The notes: generated by a model from the sequence alone, not told the origin. DNA of 64,000 nt from Vulcanimicrobiota bacterium (GCA_963733295.1 CAVTCS010000003.1:2720001-2784000), one strand, 5' to 3'. Counted from the stretch's first letter, positions 1-10,607 are shown. Translations and numbers: made by a program.

Positions 1-3000
1 ACCGCTAGCGCCGCGTTGCCTTCCGATTTGCCGGCACCTTCGGTGCGAACCTTCGATCCGGCGCAGGCGACGGTGGTCACGATCTCGGTGACCTCGCAAT
101 CGCTCAGTGTCGCCGGCCTGTCCGCGATCATCACCAACAATATCGTTCCGGCGCTCGAACAAGTTCCCGGAATCTCGTTCGTCGGAGCGAACGGCACGGT
201 CACTCCGGCGCTCGAGGTACTCGTCGATCCCGAGAAGCTCGCCAGCCGCCGCTTCACCACGACCGACGTCGTCACCGCGATTCAAGCCAACAACGTGCGC
301 GCGCCCGGCGGAATCGTGTACTCGGGAAATCGGGAGACCTCACTCGACGTGCGCGGCGACGTGCAGACGCCGGCCTCGATCGAGAATTTGCTCTTGACCG
401 GTTCCAGTTCGGTGTTGCTCGGCGCGACCTCACCGTCGGGAACCGTCACCCAGAAGTATTCGGTGTTGAGCGGTTCGACGAACCAAGCTTTGGCGCTCAG
501 CAACAGCGCGATCGCGAATTCTAGCGCGGCCACGAGCGGCAATGCCGCGGCCGCCGAATCGAGCAGCGAGGCGGCGAGCGCGGGTTCGTCCGGCGGCGCG
601 GCCGGTTCGAACGTCACGGCATCGAGCGCCGGGGCGGCACTGTCCTCGCTTCCCTCCGGCTCCACACAAATCGGCGCGGCCTCGCCGACGCCGAGCCCCT
701 TCGCGGCCAATTCGACGACGGTCACGTCGTTCGCCGCCGTCCCCGGCGCGGCGTCGAGCGCGAGTAAGAACGCAGCTGCGACTCCGGTTCCGACGATCGC
801 GCCGCTCGTTCTCGCGCCCGCAGCGGTTTCGAGCGCCGGCTCGTCGGCAGCCGCCTCACCCGCGCCGATGGCGACCGCCTTCGTTCCCGCGGCGAACACG
901 ACCGTGGCCGCTTCGGTGCCGGCGACCTATTCGGCCCTGACGCCGGCGGGTGCCGGTTCGGGCGGCGCCTCGTCGGGAGCGGGCAGCTCGGCGACCAACC
1001 CGTTCTCGACGGCGGCACAACTCACGCGAATCGGAGACGTCTCCACCGTAACCGATTCCTACGAGCCCAAACGCGTGTACTCGTACGTCAACGGAAAGCA
1101 AGCGATCACGCTCAACGTGCAAAAGGCGACCGGGGCCAGCGAAGTCGCCTCGGCCGAAGCGGTCGTCGCGGCCCTTCCCGCTATCGAAGCGCAATACCCG
1201 GACATTTCGTTCCACATTCTCAATTCGCAAGCGGACGAAACGAAAGCCCAGCTGTTCGGCGTCCTGCAAACGCTGATCGAAGGCATCGTGTTCACCGGCA
1301 TCGCGATGCTGTTTTTCTTGCGCTCGTGGCGCAACTCGCTCGTCGTAATGGTCGCGATCCCCTGTTCGCTCCTGGTCACGCTTTTCGCGATGAAAATCTG
1401 GGGGTTCACGATCGACACCGTTTCGCTCTTGGCGATGACGCTGATCATCGGCATTTTGGTCGACGACTCGATCGTCGTCTTGGAGAACATCGAGCGGCAC
1501 TTCGAGGGCGGCGAAGCGCCGCGTACCGCTGCAATTCTCGGCCGGAGCGAAATCGGCGGCGCGGCAATCGTGATCACGCTCGTCGACGTCGTCGTCTTCT
1601 TACCGATCGCCTTTTTGCCGGGAATGACGGGGCGCTTTCTCGCGGAGTTCGGCATCGTCGTGACGATCGCGACGCTGACCTCGCTCTTTATCTCGTTCAC
1701 GGTTACGCCGGCGCTCGCCGGCAATTGGTCGCTCCTCTCGAACTGGAAGGCGCCCCGTCCCATCGAAGCGTTCTCGCGAGGATTCGCGCGCTTGCGAAAC
1801 GTCTACAGCGAGCGCATTCTCGTGGGCGCCTTGCGCCATCCTAAGACCGTCGCGGCGGTTTCACTCGTCCTGACCGCCGGGGCGATCTCGCTGATTCCCC
1901 TCGGTCTCATCGGCTTCGAGTTCATCCCCTCGGTCGACCGCGGGCAGATCTTCGTCTCGGTACAATTCCCGACCGGAACGCCGCTCAAAACGACCGACAC
2001 CGCGGTCCGCGCACTGACGAACCGCTTCCTGGAGATCGCCGACGTTCAGCAGATCGTCTCGACTTCCGGAACCACGCAGCAAGGTTTTGGCGGCAGCACG
2101 AACCTTGGTTCGAACGGTCAGCTGCGCGTCTTTCTGAATCCGAACCGAAAGCACTCGACGACCGACGTCGCGCACACGATGACCGGCCTCGGTCATTCGC
2201 TCGTGCCGGGCGCCAAGGTCGTCGCGATCCCAGCAACGGGGACGCGCGGCGGGAATTCGCAGCCGCTGGACTTCACCGTCACGAACGCGATCGGCGAGCC
2301 TGACGCCTACGCCCAGCAGATCGTGGGGGTTCTGCAAAATACGCCGGGAGCCGTCAACGTCACCAGTTCGTCGCTGCAGCTCTCTCCCCAGATCGACATT
2401 CATTTCGACCGGGATCGCGCGCGCGCGATGAACCTCGACATCGGTCTCGCTTCGCAGGCGGTCCGGGCCGCGTTCGGGGGCACGCTCGCCACGCAATTCG
2501 ACACGGCGAACGGCACGAAGTACGTGCAAGTCCTCTATCCGCTCTCCGACGACACGAACATCTCGACGCTGAAGTCGATCGCTCTGCGGAACCGGGCCGG
2601 CCAGATCGTGCACCTCGAGGACGTCGCGATCTTGACCAGCACGCCGTCCGCAAGCGCTCATCACCCGCGTCAACCGGCAGACCGTCATGCACGTCTCGGG
2701 CAACGTCGCACCGGGCTACGCGCTTTCCACCGTGCAGGACGACTTCATGAAGCGCGTGCAGGCTCTGAAGCTCCCGAACACCGTCCACATCGGTCGGAAT
2801 GCGGGCGGCACGCAGCAAAATCTGACCCAGACGGTCAACGGTCTGGGCATCTCGCTGCATCCTTTCGTTCGCTCTCGTCTATCTGCTGATGGTCGCGCTC
2901 TACGACGCGTATCGCGCACCGCTGGTGATCATGTTCGCCGTGCCGGTGGCGGCCGATCGGAGCTTTTGGTGCGCTCGCGCTGACGGCTCAGAGTTTGAAT

Positions 3001-3397
3001 CTCTACTCGCTGATCGGCGTCGTCATGCTGATCGGTCTCGTGAGCAAGAACGGGATTCTGCTCGTCGACTTCGCGCACCTCAAGGTCTTAGCAGGGAATG
3101 GATAAGCGTACTGCGATCGTGGAGGCGGCGCGGGCACGCTTCCGCCCGATCATCATGACGACCGCCTCGATGATCTGCGGAATGATGCCGCTCGCGCTGG
3201 CGCTCGATCCGGGTTCGGCGGCGAAACGTTCGCTCGGAACCGTCGTCATCGGCGGTCTCACGAGCTCGCTCTTGCTGACGCTCGTGCTCGTGCCGGTCGT
3301 CTACATGTGGCTGGCGCCCGGACCGCCGAAGCGCAGCATCGAAGCCGATCGCGCGCAGGACGGGCGCGCCCCGGTGTTGACCCTGGAGCCGCGCTGA
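1..3397 (+). pseudogene. AcrB/MdtB-type RND efflux permease, 5'-truncated at the window edge and interrupted by four +1 frameshifts (pseudogene or sequencing error)
   Basis: Frame 1 is open from base 1. TM4 reads GILVDDSIVVLENIER. Removing single extra bases at ~2650, 2858, ~2955 and ~3094 restores a C-terminus colinear with the downstream paralogue (LITRVNRQ...LVYLLMVALY...GLVSKNGILLVDF...RFRPIIMTT), ending at TGA 3395-3397. Confidence 0.85.
397..993 (+). other. ~199-aa Ser/Ala/Thr/Pro/Gly low-complexity insertion in the periplasmic domain of the first RND protein
   Basis: Lies between LLL and TNPFST; the paralogue has only 11 residues between LLL and TNPWST. Confidence 0.85.
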
Positions 3398-6300
3398 TGT
3401 GGCTGACTCGCATCTTCGTCGAACGGCCGACGCTGGTCACCGTCTTTCTGGCGCTGGTCTTGCTGGCCGGCGTCGTCGGCGGCTCGTCGCTCGTGCAACA
3501 GCAATTCCCGAGCACCGACGTGCCCTCGATTCAGGTCTTGCTCAGCTATCCCGGCGCATCGACGACGGAGATGCGCGATGCGATCGTGCGGCCGCTCGAA
3601 GACCAGCTCGCCGGCTCGCCCGATCTCGATCATCTCGAGACCGCGATCCAGCCGGGGCAAGCTTCCATCGTCGCCGTCTTCACCCTCACCTCCGATCAGA
3701 ACAACGACCTCGTGCAGGTTCAGGGACGCGTGCAGAACGCGCAGCACTCGCTGCCCAACGACCTGACCACGCCGCAGATTTCGGTTTATAATCCGAGCGA
3801 GGCGGTCGTCGTCTCGCTCGCGCTGCGCTCGCGTTCGCTGCCGCCGGGCGAGCTTTCGTCGCTGACGATCAACAAGATCGTGCCGGCGATCGAGCAAGTC
3901 AGCGGCGTGTCGTTCGTTCAGGAGAACGGAACGGTCACGCCCTCGATCCAGATCAACGTGAGTCCCGACGCGCTCTCGTCTTCCGGCTTCACGCTAACCG
4001 ACATCGTCAGCACGATCACGAACAACAACATCCGCTCGCCCGGCGGTATCCTCTACTCGCCCAACCGCGAAACCAACCTCGACGTGCGGGGCGACATCCA
4101 AGACGTGCCGACGGTCGCCGATCTGCTGTTGGGCGTCTCCGGCGGGACCACGGCCTCGACGACGACGAACCCGTGGTCGACGCAGGGCCGCTTGTTCCGC
4201 ATCGGCGACGTCGCCAACGTCACCGACACCTACGAAACGCAGCGCGTTTTCGCCTACTCGAACGGCGAGCCGTGCGTGACCCTGAACATCCAGAAATCGG
4301 CGGGCACCAGCGAGGTCGAGACGTCCAAAAACGTGCTGGCGGCGCTGCCCGGCATCGAGCGCACGTACCCGAACGTCGACTTTCAAGTCCTCGACGTTCA
4401 GTCGACCTACACGCAGCAGCAGCTCTCCGGCGTCGTGCGCACGCTGTTCGAAGCGATCGTCTTCACCGGCATCGTCATGCTGTTCTTCCTGCGCTCGTGG
4501 CGCAACGCGGTGGTCGTGATGATCGCGATCCCGGCGTCGCTGCTGATCACGCTCTTCGCGATGCGTCTGGCTCACTTCACCTTGGACATGGTGTCGCTGC
4601 TCGCGATGACGCTCATCATCGGTATCCTCGTCGACGACTCGATCGTCGTTTTGGAGAACGTCGAACGGCACTTCGCCGCCGGCAAATCCCCCGAGCAGGC
4701 CGCGATTCAGGGGCGGAGTGAAATCGGCGTGGCGGCGATCGTGATCACGCTCGTCGACGTGGTCGTGTTCTTGCCGATCTCTTTCCTGCCCGGTTCGGTC
4801 GGGCTGTTCTTGCGCGAGTTCGGGTTGGTCGTAACCGTTGCGACGCTCACCTCGCTCTTCGTCTCGTTCACGGTCACGCCGACGCTCGCAGGGCGCTGGG
4901 CGCTGCTTTCGACTTGGCGTCCGTGGCGTATCATCGACGGTTTCACGGCGCGTTTCGAGCAGGCGCGCGAAGCGTACGTCAACCGCGCTCTGGGCTGGGG
5001 TCTGAGCCACGGGCGGCTCGTCGCCGCGGTCTCGGCGCTTTCGCTGGTGCTCGCGCTCGCGCTCATCCCGCTCGGCATCGTGGGATTCGAGTATATCCCG
5101 CCGGTCGATCGCGGCGAGCTCTACATCACGCTGACCTTCCCGAGCGGCACGCCGCTCGAAACGACGCGCGAGGGCGCGCTCGCGGTCGAGCGCGTCGTCG
5201 ATCAAGTGCCCGACCTGCGAGCCGAATCGACGATCGCCGGGGCGTACCTCGGACAGCTGACCGGATACATCTCCAACGGCGCGGTCGCGCAAATCGACAT
5301 GTATCTCAAGGATAAGCGCGCGCACTCGACGGCCTACTGGGCCACGCAGCTCGAGAGCCAAGCCCAAAAGATTTTGCCCGATGCCAACGTGGTAGCAGTC
5401 CCCGCGACGGACATCTCCGGCGGCAACTCGCAGCCGATCGACGAAGTCGTTTCGAGCGTCGACGGCGCGCCCGAACCGTACGCCGCCAAAGTCTACGCCG
5501 CACTCAAGGCGACTCCGGGCGCGATCAACGTCACGACGTCCGCCGCGGCCCTCGCCCCTCAGATCAACGTCGAATTCGATCGCGACCGCGCGCGAGCTCT
5601 CAGCGCCAGCGTCGGAACCGCCTCGAGCGCGATTCGCGCGGCGTTCGGGGGCGATCTCGCGACCCAATTCACCGGCTCCGACGGACTCAAAGACGTCCTG
5701 GTAACCTATCCGCTGCCGGACCAGACCTCGCTCTCCGCGATCGAAGCGATTCCGATTCGCGCCAACGACGGCTCGATCGTGCACGTCGGCGATATCGCGC
5801 GGCTTGTGCAAGCGCCCGCCCCACCGCTGATCGTGCGCATCAACCGCCAGAACGTCGTCTACTTGGGCGCGAACCTCGCGCCGGGGGCGCTCCTCTCGAA
5901 CGTGCAACGCGATTTTAGCCGGCGGGTGGCCGGGCTGAACCTGCCCTCGACGGTGACGGTCGCGGCCACGGCCGGCGGCAACCAGCAGCAAGTCAGCGCG
6001 ACGGTGCAAGGCATGAGCATCGCGCTCATGCTCTCGGTCGTACTGGTGTACCTTTTGATGGTCGCGCTCTACAACAGTTACCGCACGCCGTTCATCATCA
6101 TGTTCGCGGTGCCGGTGGCGGTCGTCGGCGCACTCGGTTCGCTGGCACTCTCGCACCAAACGCTGAACCTGTTTTCGCTGATCGGCTCCGTCTTGCTGAT
6201 CGGGCTCGTCAGCAAGAACGGCATCTTGCTGGTCGACTTCGCCAACGCGCGCCGGCGCGAGGGAATGAGCCGCGTCGCCGCGATGCGCGAGGCCGCGAAG

Positions 6301-6567
6301 GAACGTTTCCGGCCGATCATGATGACGACGGCGGCGATGGTTGCGGGCATGCTCCCGCTCGCGCTCGTTCTCGATCCGGGCGCCCAAGCCGAAGCCTCGC
6401 TTGGAATCGTCGTGATCGGCGGCCTGCTCAGTTCGCTCTTGCTGACGCTCTTGCTGGTTCCGGTCGTCTACGTCGCGCTCGCCGGCGACGTAGTGCGCAC
6501 CGGTGAAGAACGGAGCGAACCGCGCATGCCCGGCGAAGCGCCGCTCGTCGACGTCGGTACGACCTAG
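3397..6567 (+). CDS. AcrB/MdtB-type RND efflux permease
   Basis: ATG overlaps the upstream stop (TGATG). Starts MWLTRIFVERP and carries the proton-relay motifs GILVDDSIVV, SKNGILLVDF and RFRPIMMTT; ~1056 aa. Confidence 0.95.
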   Translation: MWLTRIFVERPTLVTVFLALVLLAGVVGGSSLVQQQFPSTDVPSIQVLLSYPGASTTEMRDAIVRPLEDQLAGSPDLDHLETAIQPGQASIVAVFTLTSDQNNDLVQVQGRVQNAQHSLPNDLTTPQISVYNPSEAVVVSLALRSRSLPPGELSSLTINKIVPAIEQVSGVSFVQENGTVTPSIQINVSPDALSSSGFTLTDIVSTITNNNIRSPGGILYSPNRETNLDVRGDIQDVPTVADLLLGVSGGTTASTTTNPWSTQGRLFRIGDVANVTDTYETQRVFAYSNGEPCVTLNIQKSAGTSEVETSKNVLAALPGIERTYPNVDFQVLDVQSTYTQQQLSGVVRTLFEAIVFTGIVMLFFLRSWRNAVVVMIAIPASLLITLFAMRLAHFTLDMVSLLAMTLIIGILVDDSIVVLENVERHFAAGKSPEQAAIQGRSEIGVAAIVITLVDVVVFLPISFLPGSVGLFLREFGLVVTVATLTSLFVSFTVTPTLAGRWALLSTWRPWRIIDGFTARFEQAREAYVNRALGWGLSHGRLVAAVSALSLVLALALIPLGIVGFEYIPPVDRGELYITLTFPSGTPLETTREGALAVERVVDQVPDLRAESTIAGAYLGQLTGYISNGAVAQIDMYLKDKRAHSTAYWATQLESQAQKILPDANVVAVPATDISGGNSQPIDEVVSSVDGAPEPYAAKVYAALKATPGAINVTTSAAALAPQINVEFDRDRARALSASVGTASSAIRAAFGGDLATQFTGSDGLKDVLVTYPLPDQTSLSAIEAIPIRANDGSIVHVGDIARLVQAPAPPLIVRINRQNVVYLGANLAPGALLSNVQRDFSRRVAGLNLPSTVTVAATAGGNQQQVSATVQGMSIALMLSVVLVYLLMVALYNSYRTPFIIMFAVPVAVVGALGSLALSHQTLNLFSLIGSVLLIGLVSKNGILLVDFANARRREGMSRVAAMREAAKERFRPIMMTTAAMVAGMLPLALVLDPGAQAEASLGIVVIGGLLSSLLLTLLLVPVVYVALAGDVVRTGEERSEPRMPGEAPLVDVGTT

Positions 6568-6610
6568 GGCCGCCGAGAACCATTTCCTGCCGCCGGTTGT
6601 TCGGGGGAGC

Positions 6611-7594
6611 ATGAAGGCGATTACGGTCGAACGTCCCGGCGGCCCCGAAGTGCTGCGCCTGGCTGAAGTGCCCAAACCCGAGCCGCAAGCGGGCCAAGTG
6701 CTCGTCAAAATCGCGGCCTCCGGCATCAATTACATCGACGTCTATTTCCGCAACGGCCACTATAAGGCGCCGCACCTGCCGTTCACGCCGGGCATGGAAG
6801 CGGCCGGCATCGCGGAGAGCGTCGGTCCGGGCGTTACGGCGTTCAAGCCCGGCGACCACGTCGCGTACCCGTCAGCGCTGGGCGCGTATGCGGAATACGC
6901 CGTCGTGCCCGCCGACAGGCTCGTGCACGTTCCCACCGGCGTTTCGCTGCGCGACGCGGCGGCGCTGATGCTGCAAGGCATGACCGCTCACTATCTCGTG
7001 AACAGCACCTTTGCGCTCGCGGCCAAACAGACGGCGCTCGTTCAAGCGGGCGCCGGGGGGGTCGGACTCTTGCTGACGCAACTTGCGAAAGCGAAAGGCG
7101 CGACCGTCATCACGACCGTCTCGACCGCCGAGAAAGCGCGTCTCTCAAAGGAAGCCGGCGCCGACCACGTCATCAATTATACGAAGGAAGACTTAGCCGC
7201 GCGCGCGCGGGAGATCACCGGCGGCGAAGGGGTCGACGTGGTCTACGATTCCGTCGGTAAAACGACGTTCGAGAAGAGCCTCGACTCGTTGCGCCCGCGC
7301 GGGATGCTCGTGCTATTCGGCGCCTCGAGCGGGCCGCCGCCGGCCTTCGATCCGCAAGTCTTGGCGTCCAAAGGCAGCCTCTTTCTCACGCGCCCGACGC
7401 TGGTCAACTACATCGCGACGCGCGAGGATCTGGAGTGGCGCGCTCGCGACTTGTTCGCGCTCGTTCTCGAGGGCAAGCTCAAACTGCGCGCGGAGCACGA
7501 GTATCCGTTGGCCGACGCGGCTCGCGCCCACTCCGACCTCGAAGGGCGCGTCACGACGGGGAAGCTGCTGCTCGTTCCGGCAGGCTCAGCCTAG
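6611..7594 (+). CDS. qor: NADPH:quinone oxidoreductase (zeta-crystallin/MDR family)
   Basis: GGAG RBS-like sequence. Motifs MKAI..GGPEVL, GINYIDVY, PGMEAAG, AGAGGVG, YDSVGK, GSLFLTRP, GKLLL. Confidence 0.93.
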   Translation: MKAITVERPGGPEVLRLAEVPKPEPQAGQVLVKIAASGINYIDVYFRNGHYKAPHLPFTPGMEAAGIAESVGPGVTAFKPGDHVAYPSALGAYAEYAVVPADRLVHVPTGVSLRDAAALMLQGMTAHYLVNSTFALAAKQTALVQAGAGGVGLLLTQLAKAKGATVITTVSTAEKARLSKEAGADHVINYTKEDLAARAREITGGEGVDVVYDSVGKTTFEKSLDSLRPRGMLVLFGASSGPPPAFDPQVLASKGSLFLTRPTLVNYIATREDLEWRARDLFALVLEGKLKLRAEHEYPLADAARAHSDLEGRVTTGKLLLVPAGSA

Positions 7595-7641
7595 CCGAAT
7601 CGGTGGTGCGCGAATCGCGCTCCACCCATCATACTTGGCAC

Positions 7642-8562
7642 ATGAGTACGAATGAACCGGGCGCGCTCGCCGCGCTCTCCAGCGAATTGGCTTCGGCGGT
7701 CGAACGCATCGCGTCGTCGCTCGTCTACGTCGATGCCGACCGGCGCCGCGATTCGAGCGGCGTCGTTTGGGACGAGCACACGATCGTCACGACCGATCAC
7801 GCGCTCGAGCGCGACGAGGATATCGAACTCGTTCTCCCCGACGGCCGGCGTGCGCGGGCGTCAATCGCCGGGCGCGACCCGTCGACCGACCTCGCGCTGC
7901 TGGCAACCGACGCGAGCCTCGTGCCGGCTCGGCGCGCCGACGCCGGTGCGCTGCGGGTAGGAAACATCGTGCTCGCGGTCGGACGCGACGAAGACGGTCA
8001 ACCGGCGGCGAGCATGGGCGTGATCAGCGCGCTCGACGGCCCGTGGCGCACCTGGCGCGGCGGCGACATCGATCGCTTCATCCGCCCCGACCTTTCGCTG
8101 TATCCCGGGCTTTCGGGTGGAGCGCTCGCCGACGCGGGCGGCGCGCTGCTGGGTCTCAACACGTGGGGCCTTTCGCGCCGCATGGCGCTCACGATTCCCA
8201 ACTCGACGATCGAACGCGTCGTCGCGCAACTGCAAGCGGGCGGCTCGATTCGGCGAGGTTACCTCGGCATCGCGTTGCAACCGGTGCGCTTGCCCGAATC
8301 GCTGCAACGTGCGCTCGGCATCAGCCAAGAAGGTGCGGTCATCGTCGTCGACGTGGCCGCGGACGGACCCGCCGAGAAAGCCGGCGTGCTGATCGGCGAC
8401 GTTCTCGTCCATCTCGGGACGCAGCCGCTCGAGGACGCCGACGACGTGCAGCGCGCGCTGGGTAACGATAGCGTCGGCAAGGCGCTCGCGCTGCGCTTCG
8501 TGCGTGCCGGCGAGGCGCGCGAGCTAGCGGTCACGATCGAGGAGCGGCCGCAGGATGATTAA
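7642..8562 (+). CDS. Trypsin-like (S1C) serine protease with C-terminal PDZ domain, no signal peptide
   Basis: Triad motifs VTTDH, DLALL and PGLSGG; PDZ motifs GYLGI and GPAEKAGVLIGDV. Confidence 0.88.
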   Translation: MSTNEPGALAALSSELASAVERIASSLVYVDADRRRDSSGVVWDEHTIVTTDHALERDEDIELVLPDGRRARASIAGRDPSTDLALLATDASLVPARRADAGALRVGNIVLAVGRDEDGQPAASMGVISALDGPWRTWRGGDIDRFIRPDLSLYPGLSGGALADAGGALLGLNTWGLSRRMALTIPNSTIERVVAQLQAGGSIRRGYLGIALQPVRLPESLQRALGISQEGAVIVVDVAADGPAEKAGVLIGDVLVHLGTQPLEDADDVQRALGNDSVGKALALRFVRAGEARELAVTIEERPQDD

Positions 8563-9115
8563 CGCGCTGCCGGGTTTCGCACCGCTCGCCGAACGGCTGC
8601 AAGCTTCGACCGTGCGCGTCGGGGACGGACGGCGCGGTGCGGGTTCGGGCGTCGTGTGGTCGATGGACGGACTGGTGATGACGAACGCCCACGTCGCGCG
8701 CGGGCGTTCGGCAACCGTTACCTTCCACGACGGGCGTCGCGCGAGCGCGCGCGTGATCGCGCGCGACGTCGAGCGCGATCTGGCCGCGCTTCGCCTCGAG
8801 AACGTGGTGCCCTTTGCCCTCCGCGTGGCGGGCGTGCGCGATGCAGCGACGCTGCGCGTCGGCGAGCTCGTCTTCGCGGTCGGGAATCCCTTCGGCTTGG
8901 TCGGCGCCATGACCGCCGGAATAGTTCAGCGCCTAAGCGACCGCTTCGTGATCGCGGACCTGCGCTTGGAACCGGGGAACTCGGGCGGTCCGCTGGCCGA
9001 CTCGCAAGGCCGCATCGTGGGCATCAACAGCATGGTCGCGCGCGGTCTGGCGCTGGCCGTTCCGAGCGGCGCCGTCACCGCTTTCCTGCACGACGTGTAC
9101 GCCTCGGCCGCATGA
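8555..9115 (+). CDS. Short trypsin-like (S1C) serine protease without PDZ
   Basis: GSGVVW, TNAHV, DLAAL, VGNPFG, PGNSGGPL; overlaps the upstream stop. Confidence 0.9.
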   Translation: MINALPGFAPLAERLQASTVRVGDGRRGAGSGVVWSMDGLVMTNAHVARGRSATVTFHDGRRASARVIARDVERDLAALRLENVVPFALRVAGVRDAATLRVGELVFAVGNPFGLVGAMTAGIVQRLSDRFVIADLRLEPGNSGGPLADSQGRIVGINSMVARGLALAVPSGAVTAFLHDVYASAA

Positions 9116-9717
9116 TCCGGACGCTCGTTTCGGCGAGTTCGGCACTCGCGCGCGCAGGTTTGGCAGCCGCGCTGCGGGGCGATTCGCGCGTCAGCGTCGT
9201 CGGCGAAGCAGCACCGGGCGAATTCGCGCGTTTGGCCGCGGCGCTCGAGCCCGACGTCGTCGTGGAGCGCCGCGAAGGCAGCGGAGAAACGCTCGGCTTT
9301 CCCGCGGTGGTCCTGGTCGACGACCCGCGCTACGCGTGGAGCAGCGAAGCCGGCCAATACTCCGGCGAGCGCGCCGCACGCGCGATCCTCTCGCGCGACG
9401 CGTCACCCGAGGAGATCGTGGCGGCGGTCGTCGCCGTCGCGGCGGGCCTCGTCGCGGTGCAGCCGCAAACCCTCGCCCACGCGACCGCGGGCTTCGAGGC
9501 GCCGAATCGCGTCAGGGCCGACGCGCTTTCCACCCGCGAGATCGAAGTTCTCGCGCAGCTGGCGCGCGGGGCCGCGAACAAGAAAATCGCCGGGGCGCTC
9601 GGAATCTCCGAACATACGGTAAAATTCCACATCGCTTCCATCTTCGCAAAGCTCGGCGCCTCCAGCCGCACCCAGGCCGTCACCCAGGGAGTGCGCCTCG
9701 GGCTGATCATGCTCTAA
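9112..9717 (+). CDS. LuxR/NarL-family transcription factor with degenerate receiver domain
   Basis: ATGA overlap. C-terminal HTH reads LSTREIEVL...NKKIA..LGISEHTVKFHIASIFAKLG; the receiver lacks the acidic pocket. Confidence 0.9.
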   Translation: MIRTLVSASSALARAGLAAALRGDSRVSVVGEAAPGEFARLAAALEPDVVVERREGSGETLGFPAVVLVDDPRYAWSSEAGQYSGERAARAILSRDASPEEIVAAVVAVAAGLVAVQPQTLAHATAGFEAPNRVRADALSTREIEVLAQLARGAANKKIAGALGISEHTVKFHIASIFAKLGASSRTQAVTQGVRLGLIML

Positions 9718-9738
9718 TTCGAAAAAGGGGATCGTCCA

Positions 9739-10590
9739 ATGGCTAGTCCGGCACCGCAGATCCTGCTCCAAACGACGATCCCGCTGCTGCCCGACGATTG
9801 GCACATCGGCCGTTTCTCGCTCCTGCGCGAGCATCTCGCCGGCTTGAGAAATTCCGACGGGTCGCCGCGCTACGAAGTGCTCGCGCGCAACCTCGAGCGC
9901 GAGGACGACGGCACCGATCCGGTGCTGCGCGATCTCGGCTCGTCCGACATCGCGGAACTGTGGCTCTTCGCGGTCGACACCGTCGACGGACTGTCCGACG
10001 CGGAAGCCGCCGGGATCGTAGCGTTCAGGCGACGCGGCGGCGGCGTCTTGTTCGCGCGCGACCACCAGGATGTGGATCCGTCTCTCTCGAGCCTCGGCTC
10101 GCTCGGCCGCGTCAATTCCCCCGACGCCGGCTATCGTTCCGGAAACGTCGGCGACTACCAAACGATCGTTCCGCTCGACCCCGTCCACGATCTGTTGCGC
10201 AGCGCGAAAGCGCCCGGCGGCATCATCAAGCAGTTCCCCGCAAATCCGCACGAAGGCGCCGTCGACACCGCTGGTTTGACGCAAGCGCGCGCGATCGCGA
10301 CCGGTACGAGCCAACCGGGCGGTACGTTCGACATCGCGGTCGTCCTCGAGAACGACGTCGACGAGCACGGCGGCAAGCTCGGGCGCGCCATCGCCGAATC
10401 GACGTACCGCCACTTCTGCGACTACAACTGGAACGTTGCCTCCGGCGCTCCGAGTACCGCCCGGGATTCGTCCGGCGACGGAATCGCGAAAGACCCCGCA
10501 ACCCTCGAGATCTATAAAGACTACATCACGAACTTAGCCGGCTGGCTGTGCGGCGCTCCGCCCCACCACTGGTGGTCGCGCCCGGTGTAG
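9739..10590 (+). CDS. Conserved hypothetical protein, possibly class-I GATase/ThuA-like fold
   Basis: Purine-rich RBS-like sequence (AAAAAGGGG) and coding-like codon use. Motifs LLQTTIP..DDWHIGRFSLL, LWLFAVD, GGGV..RDH, PHEG and HFCDYNW are recalled from an uncharacterised family. Confidence 0.7.
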   Translation: MASPAPQILLQTTIPLLPDDWHIGRFSLLREHLAGLRNSDGSPRYEVLARNLEREDDGTDPVLRDLGSSDIAELWLFAVDTVDGLSDAEAAGIVAFRRRGGGVLFARDHQDVDPSLSSLGSLGRVNSPDAGYRSGNVGDYQTIVPLDPVHDLLRSAKAPGGIIKQFPANPHEGAVDTAGLTQARAIATGTSQPGGTFDIAVVLENDVDEHGGKLGRAIAESTYRHFCDYNWNVASGAPSTARDSSGDGIAKDPATLEIYKDYITNLAGWLCGAPPHHWWSRPV

Positions 10591-10607
10591 CGTCAAGCGC
10601 ACCCGAA

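Noticed and set aside
3994..6729. 911-aa antisense ORF and many other long overlapping ORFs (e.g. 35022-36866, 12393-14177, 42011-43738)
   Set aside because: Expected in high-GC DNA opposite or out of frame with real genes; Arg-rich and without motifs.
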